NCBI GenBank assembly: GCA_038320275.1
Contig: JBBQEB010000023.1
Location: 1-31,627 of the forward strand
Length of the DNA stretch: 31,627 bases
Direction: 5' to 3'
DNA from: Myxococcales bacterium
GTDB lineage: Bacteria > Myxococcota > Myxococcia > Myxococcales > Anaeromyxobacteraceae
Of this stretch, positions 28,490-31,627 are shown one piece after another. The translations under genes and the position numbers were made by a program. How positions within the stretch are numbered: position 1 is the first letter of the stretch; the number at the start of each line of letters is the position of its first letter. The notes under the pieces are model-generated. The model worked only from the letters and a program-made list of their open reading frames with translations. It did not search any database and was not told the DNA's origin.

Positions 28490-29679
28490 ACGTCCGCGAC
28501 GCGAACGACCCCCTCCCCCGGCCGCCTCCGGCCGCCGCGGTGGATCGGTTGCTGCTCCTTCTGGTGCTGCTCCTCACCGGGATCGGCGTGGTGATGGTGT
28601 ACTCCGCGAGCGCGGTCACCGCGGCGGCCAGGTTCCACGACAGCTTCCACTTCCTCTGGCGGCAGCTGGTCGCGCTGGCCATCGGCCTCGGGCTGCTCGT
28701 GCTGATACTGCGCTCGGGCTACCGCCGCGCCGAGACGCTCGCCTATCCCCTCCTCGGAGCGACGTTGTTCGTGCTCGTCCTCGTGCTCATGCCCTTCATC
28801 GGGCACAAGGCCGGGGGCGCGCGGCGCTGGATCAACCTGGGCGTCGTCTCGTTCCAGCCCGCCGAGCTGGCCAAGCTGGCGGTGGTGGTCTACCTGGCGC
28901 ACTCGCTCGCCAAGAAGCGCGACAAGGTGAGGATGTTCTCCATCGGTTTCCTGCCGCACCTCCTGGTGACGGGCGCGGTGATGGCGCTCTGCCTGGCGGA
29001 GAAGGACCTCGGCACCTGCGTCGTCCTCGGGCTCGTGCTCTTCACCATGCTGTTCGCGGCGGGGGCCAAGGTGAGCTACCTGCTCGGCGCCGCGCTGGTG
29101 GCCGCGCCGATCGCGTGGCATTCCATCGCCGGCACCAAGTACCGCATGGAGCGGATCCTGGCCTGGCTCGATCCATTCGCCCACCGCAGGGACGCGGGCT
29201 ATCAGATGTGGGAGTCGATGGTGGGCATCGGAAACGGCGGCTGGTTCGGGCAAGGGCTGGGGCAAGGGCGCTCCAAGCTCTTCTATTTGCCCGAGGCGCA
29301 CACGGACTTCATCGCGGCCGTGATCGCCGAGGAGGCGGGGCTGGTGGGGCTGGGCCTCCTCCTCCTCCTCTACGCACTGTTCGTCTGGCGCGGGCTCCGG
29401 GCCGCCTACAATGCCTCGGATGCCTTTGGCTGCTATCTCGCGCTGGGCCTCACCACCCTCGTTGGCGTGCAGGCCCTGGTGAACCTGGGGGTGGTGACGG
29501 TGCTCCTTCCCACCAAGGGGCTCACCCTCCCCTTCGTGAGCTACGGCGGCTCCTCGCTCATGACCATGCTCGCCGCCAGCGGGCTCCTCCTCAGCGTCTC
29601 CGCCAGCCGGGGCGGTTTCTTGAAGCGTGGGGCCCAGGCGGTTCGCGTCGGCACGCCGGCGGCCGAGGGCGCGCGGTGA
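28486..29679 (+). CDS. ftsW: SEDS peptidoglycan glycosyltransferase FtsW
   Basis: [44 protein letters not shown] overlap with murD. Confidence 0.95.
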   Translation: MNVRDANDPLPRPPPAAAVDRLLLLLVLLLTGIGVVMVYSASAVTAAARFHDSFHFLWRQLVALAIGLGLLVLILRSGYRRAETLAYPLLGATLFVLVLVLMPFIGHKAGGARRWINLGVVSFQPAELAKLAVVVYLAHSLAKKRDKVRMFSIGFLPHLLVTGAVMALCLAEKDLGTCVVLGLVLFTMLFAAGAKVSYLLGAALVAAPIAWHSIAGTKYRMERILAWLDPFAHRRDAGYQMWESMVGIGNGGWFGQGLGQGRSKLFYLPEAHTDFIAAVIAEEAGLVGLGLLLLLYALFVWRGLRAAYNASDAFGCYLALGLTTLVGVQALVNLGVVTVLLPTKGLTLPFVSYGGSSLMTMLAASGLLLSVSASRGGFLKRGAQAVRVGTPAAEGAR

Positions 29680-30836
29680 GGATGCTCGTCGCGGGCGGCG
29701 GCACCGGAGGGCACGTCTTCCCGGGCGTGGCGCTCGCCGAGGAGGTGGTGACGCGCCACCCGGAGAACGACGTCGTCTTCGTGGGGACCGCGCGGGGGCT
29801 CGAGGCCCGCGTCATTCCCGCGGCGGGCTTCCCCATCGAGCTCATCCAGGTCACCGGGCTGAAGGGCAAGGGGGCCGCCACGTTCCTCGCCAGCCTCTTC
29901 CGCCTTCCACGCGCCTTCCTGCAGTGCTGGCGCCTCCTGCGGCGCTGGCAGCCCGACGTGGTGGTGGGCGTGGGGGGATACGCTTCGGGGCCGGTGGTGC
30001 TCGCGGCCTGGATGCAGCGGATCCCGACCGCCGTGCAGGAGCAGAATGCCCGGCCGGGCATGACGAACCGGCTGCTCGGCAAGGTGGTGCAGGCCGCGTT
30101 CACCGCCTTCCCCGAGGCCGAGCGTTACTTTGCACCGCACAAGGTGCATCAGCTCGGCAACCCCATCCGCCGCGAGCTCATGGACAACTACATGCATCCG
30201 TCGGCCCGCCACGAGCGGCAGCGGCTGCTGGTGTTCGGCGGGTCGCAGGGGGCGCACGCGCTCAACGTGCGGGTGCTCCAGGCGTTGCCGTTCCTCGCCG
30301 ACCTGCGCGACCGGCTGCACGTCACCCATCAGACCGGCGCGAAGGACCGCCAGGCGGTGGAGAAGGGCTACCGGGAAGCTGGCTTCGAGCCGGACGTCCG
30401 CGAGTTCATCACGGACATGAGCGCGGCCTACGCCACCTCCGACCTGGTGGTCTGCCGGGCGGGGGCGACCACGCTCGCCGAGCTGACCGTCTGCAAGAAG
30501 CCCTCGATCCTGGTGCCCTTCCCCGCGGCCGCGGACAACCATCAGGTGATGAACGCGAAGAGCCTGGTGGAAGCCGGCGCCGCCGTGATGATCGAGGAGA
30601 AGGACCTCACCGGCGAGCGGCTGGCGGCGGAGATCCGGGCCATCCTGGCACACCCCGAGCGGCGGGCGGCCATGTCGCGCGCGGCCGGGCGGCTGGGGAG
30701 CCCCCAGGCGGCGAGCGAGATCGCGGACGTCTGCACCGACCTCGTCCGGCGGCGCTACGGCTCGCAGCGCGGCCGGGACCGCGGGCCGGGGTTCCACCCG
30801 GTGCGGCCCTCGCCGGGAGGCCCGCCGGCGCGGTAG
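29676..30836 (+). CDS. murG: Lipid II GlcNAc transferase
   Basis: [47 protein letters not shown] overlap with ftsW. Confidence 0.97.
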   Translation: MRMLVAGGGTGGHVFPGVALAEEVVTRHPENDVVFVGTARGLEARVIPAAGFPIELIQVTGLKGKGAATFLASLFRLPRAFLQCWRLLRRWQPDVVVGVGGYASGPVVLAAWMQRIPTAVQEQNARPGMTNRLLGKVVQAAFTAFPEAERYFAPHKVHQLGNPIRRELMDNYMHPSARHERQRLLVFGGSQGAHALNVRVLQALPFLADLRDRLHVTHQTGAKDRQAVEKGYREAGFEPDVREFITDMSAAYATSDLVVCRAGATTLAELTVCKKPSILVPFPAAADNHQVMNAKSLVEAGAAVMIEEKDLTGERLAAEIRAILAHPERRAAMSRAAGRLGSPQAASEIADVCTDLVRRRYGSQRGRDRGPGFHPVRPSPGGPPAR

Positions 30837-30847
30837 AAGTTCGCGGC

Positions 30848-31627
<780 letters not shown>

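Noticed and set aside
26371..29679. Apparent 1102-aa FtsW fusion
   Set aside because: The N-terminal part is an off-frame read through mraY/murD; the real start is ATG 28486 overlapping the murD stop.

Overview
Very GC-rich bacterial chromosomal segment. Gene content (Ser/Thr kinase with PEGA domains, PilZ-receiver fusion, STAS gene inside the dcw cluster, GGGGTC-type intergenic repeats) suggests a myxobacterium of the Anaeromyxobacter type; this is an inference. The left part (1-18.3 kb) is a mixed metabolic and signalling region: cydAB, an isolated bioH-bioC pair, a small helical protein, a stand-alone PAS protein, an ArnT/PMT-family membrane glycosyltransferase divergent from a membrane Ser/Thr kinase, a biotin-carrier/crotonase pair, a PilZ-REC protein, trehalose synthase convergent with a CmpX-like membrane protein and an apparently catalytically degenerate glucosylglycerate-synthase-like protein, a SsuABC/TauABC-type ABC importer, and an SDR. 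The right part (18.5-31.6 kb) is the division and cell wall (dcw) cluster: mraZ, a G-rich repeat, a STAS-like gene, rsmH, ftsL, ftsI, murE, murF, mraY, murD, ftsW, murG and partial murC. I saw no mobile element, CRISPR array, tRNA or rRNA. The best leads are the G-tract repeat plus Ser-less STAS gene inserted in the dcw operon, the pseudo-glycosyltransferase/CmpX/TreS trio, the biotin carrier coupled to a non-hydratase-like crotonase, a probable CTG start for bioC, and a stand-alone putative heme-PAS protein. None can be confirmed as novel without database searches.
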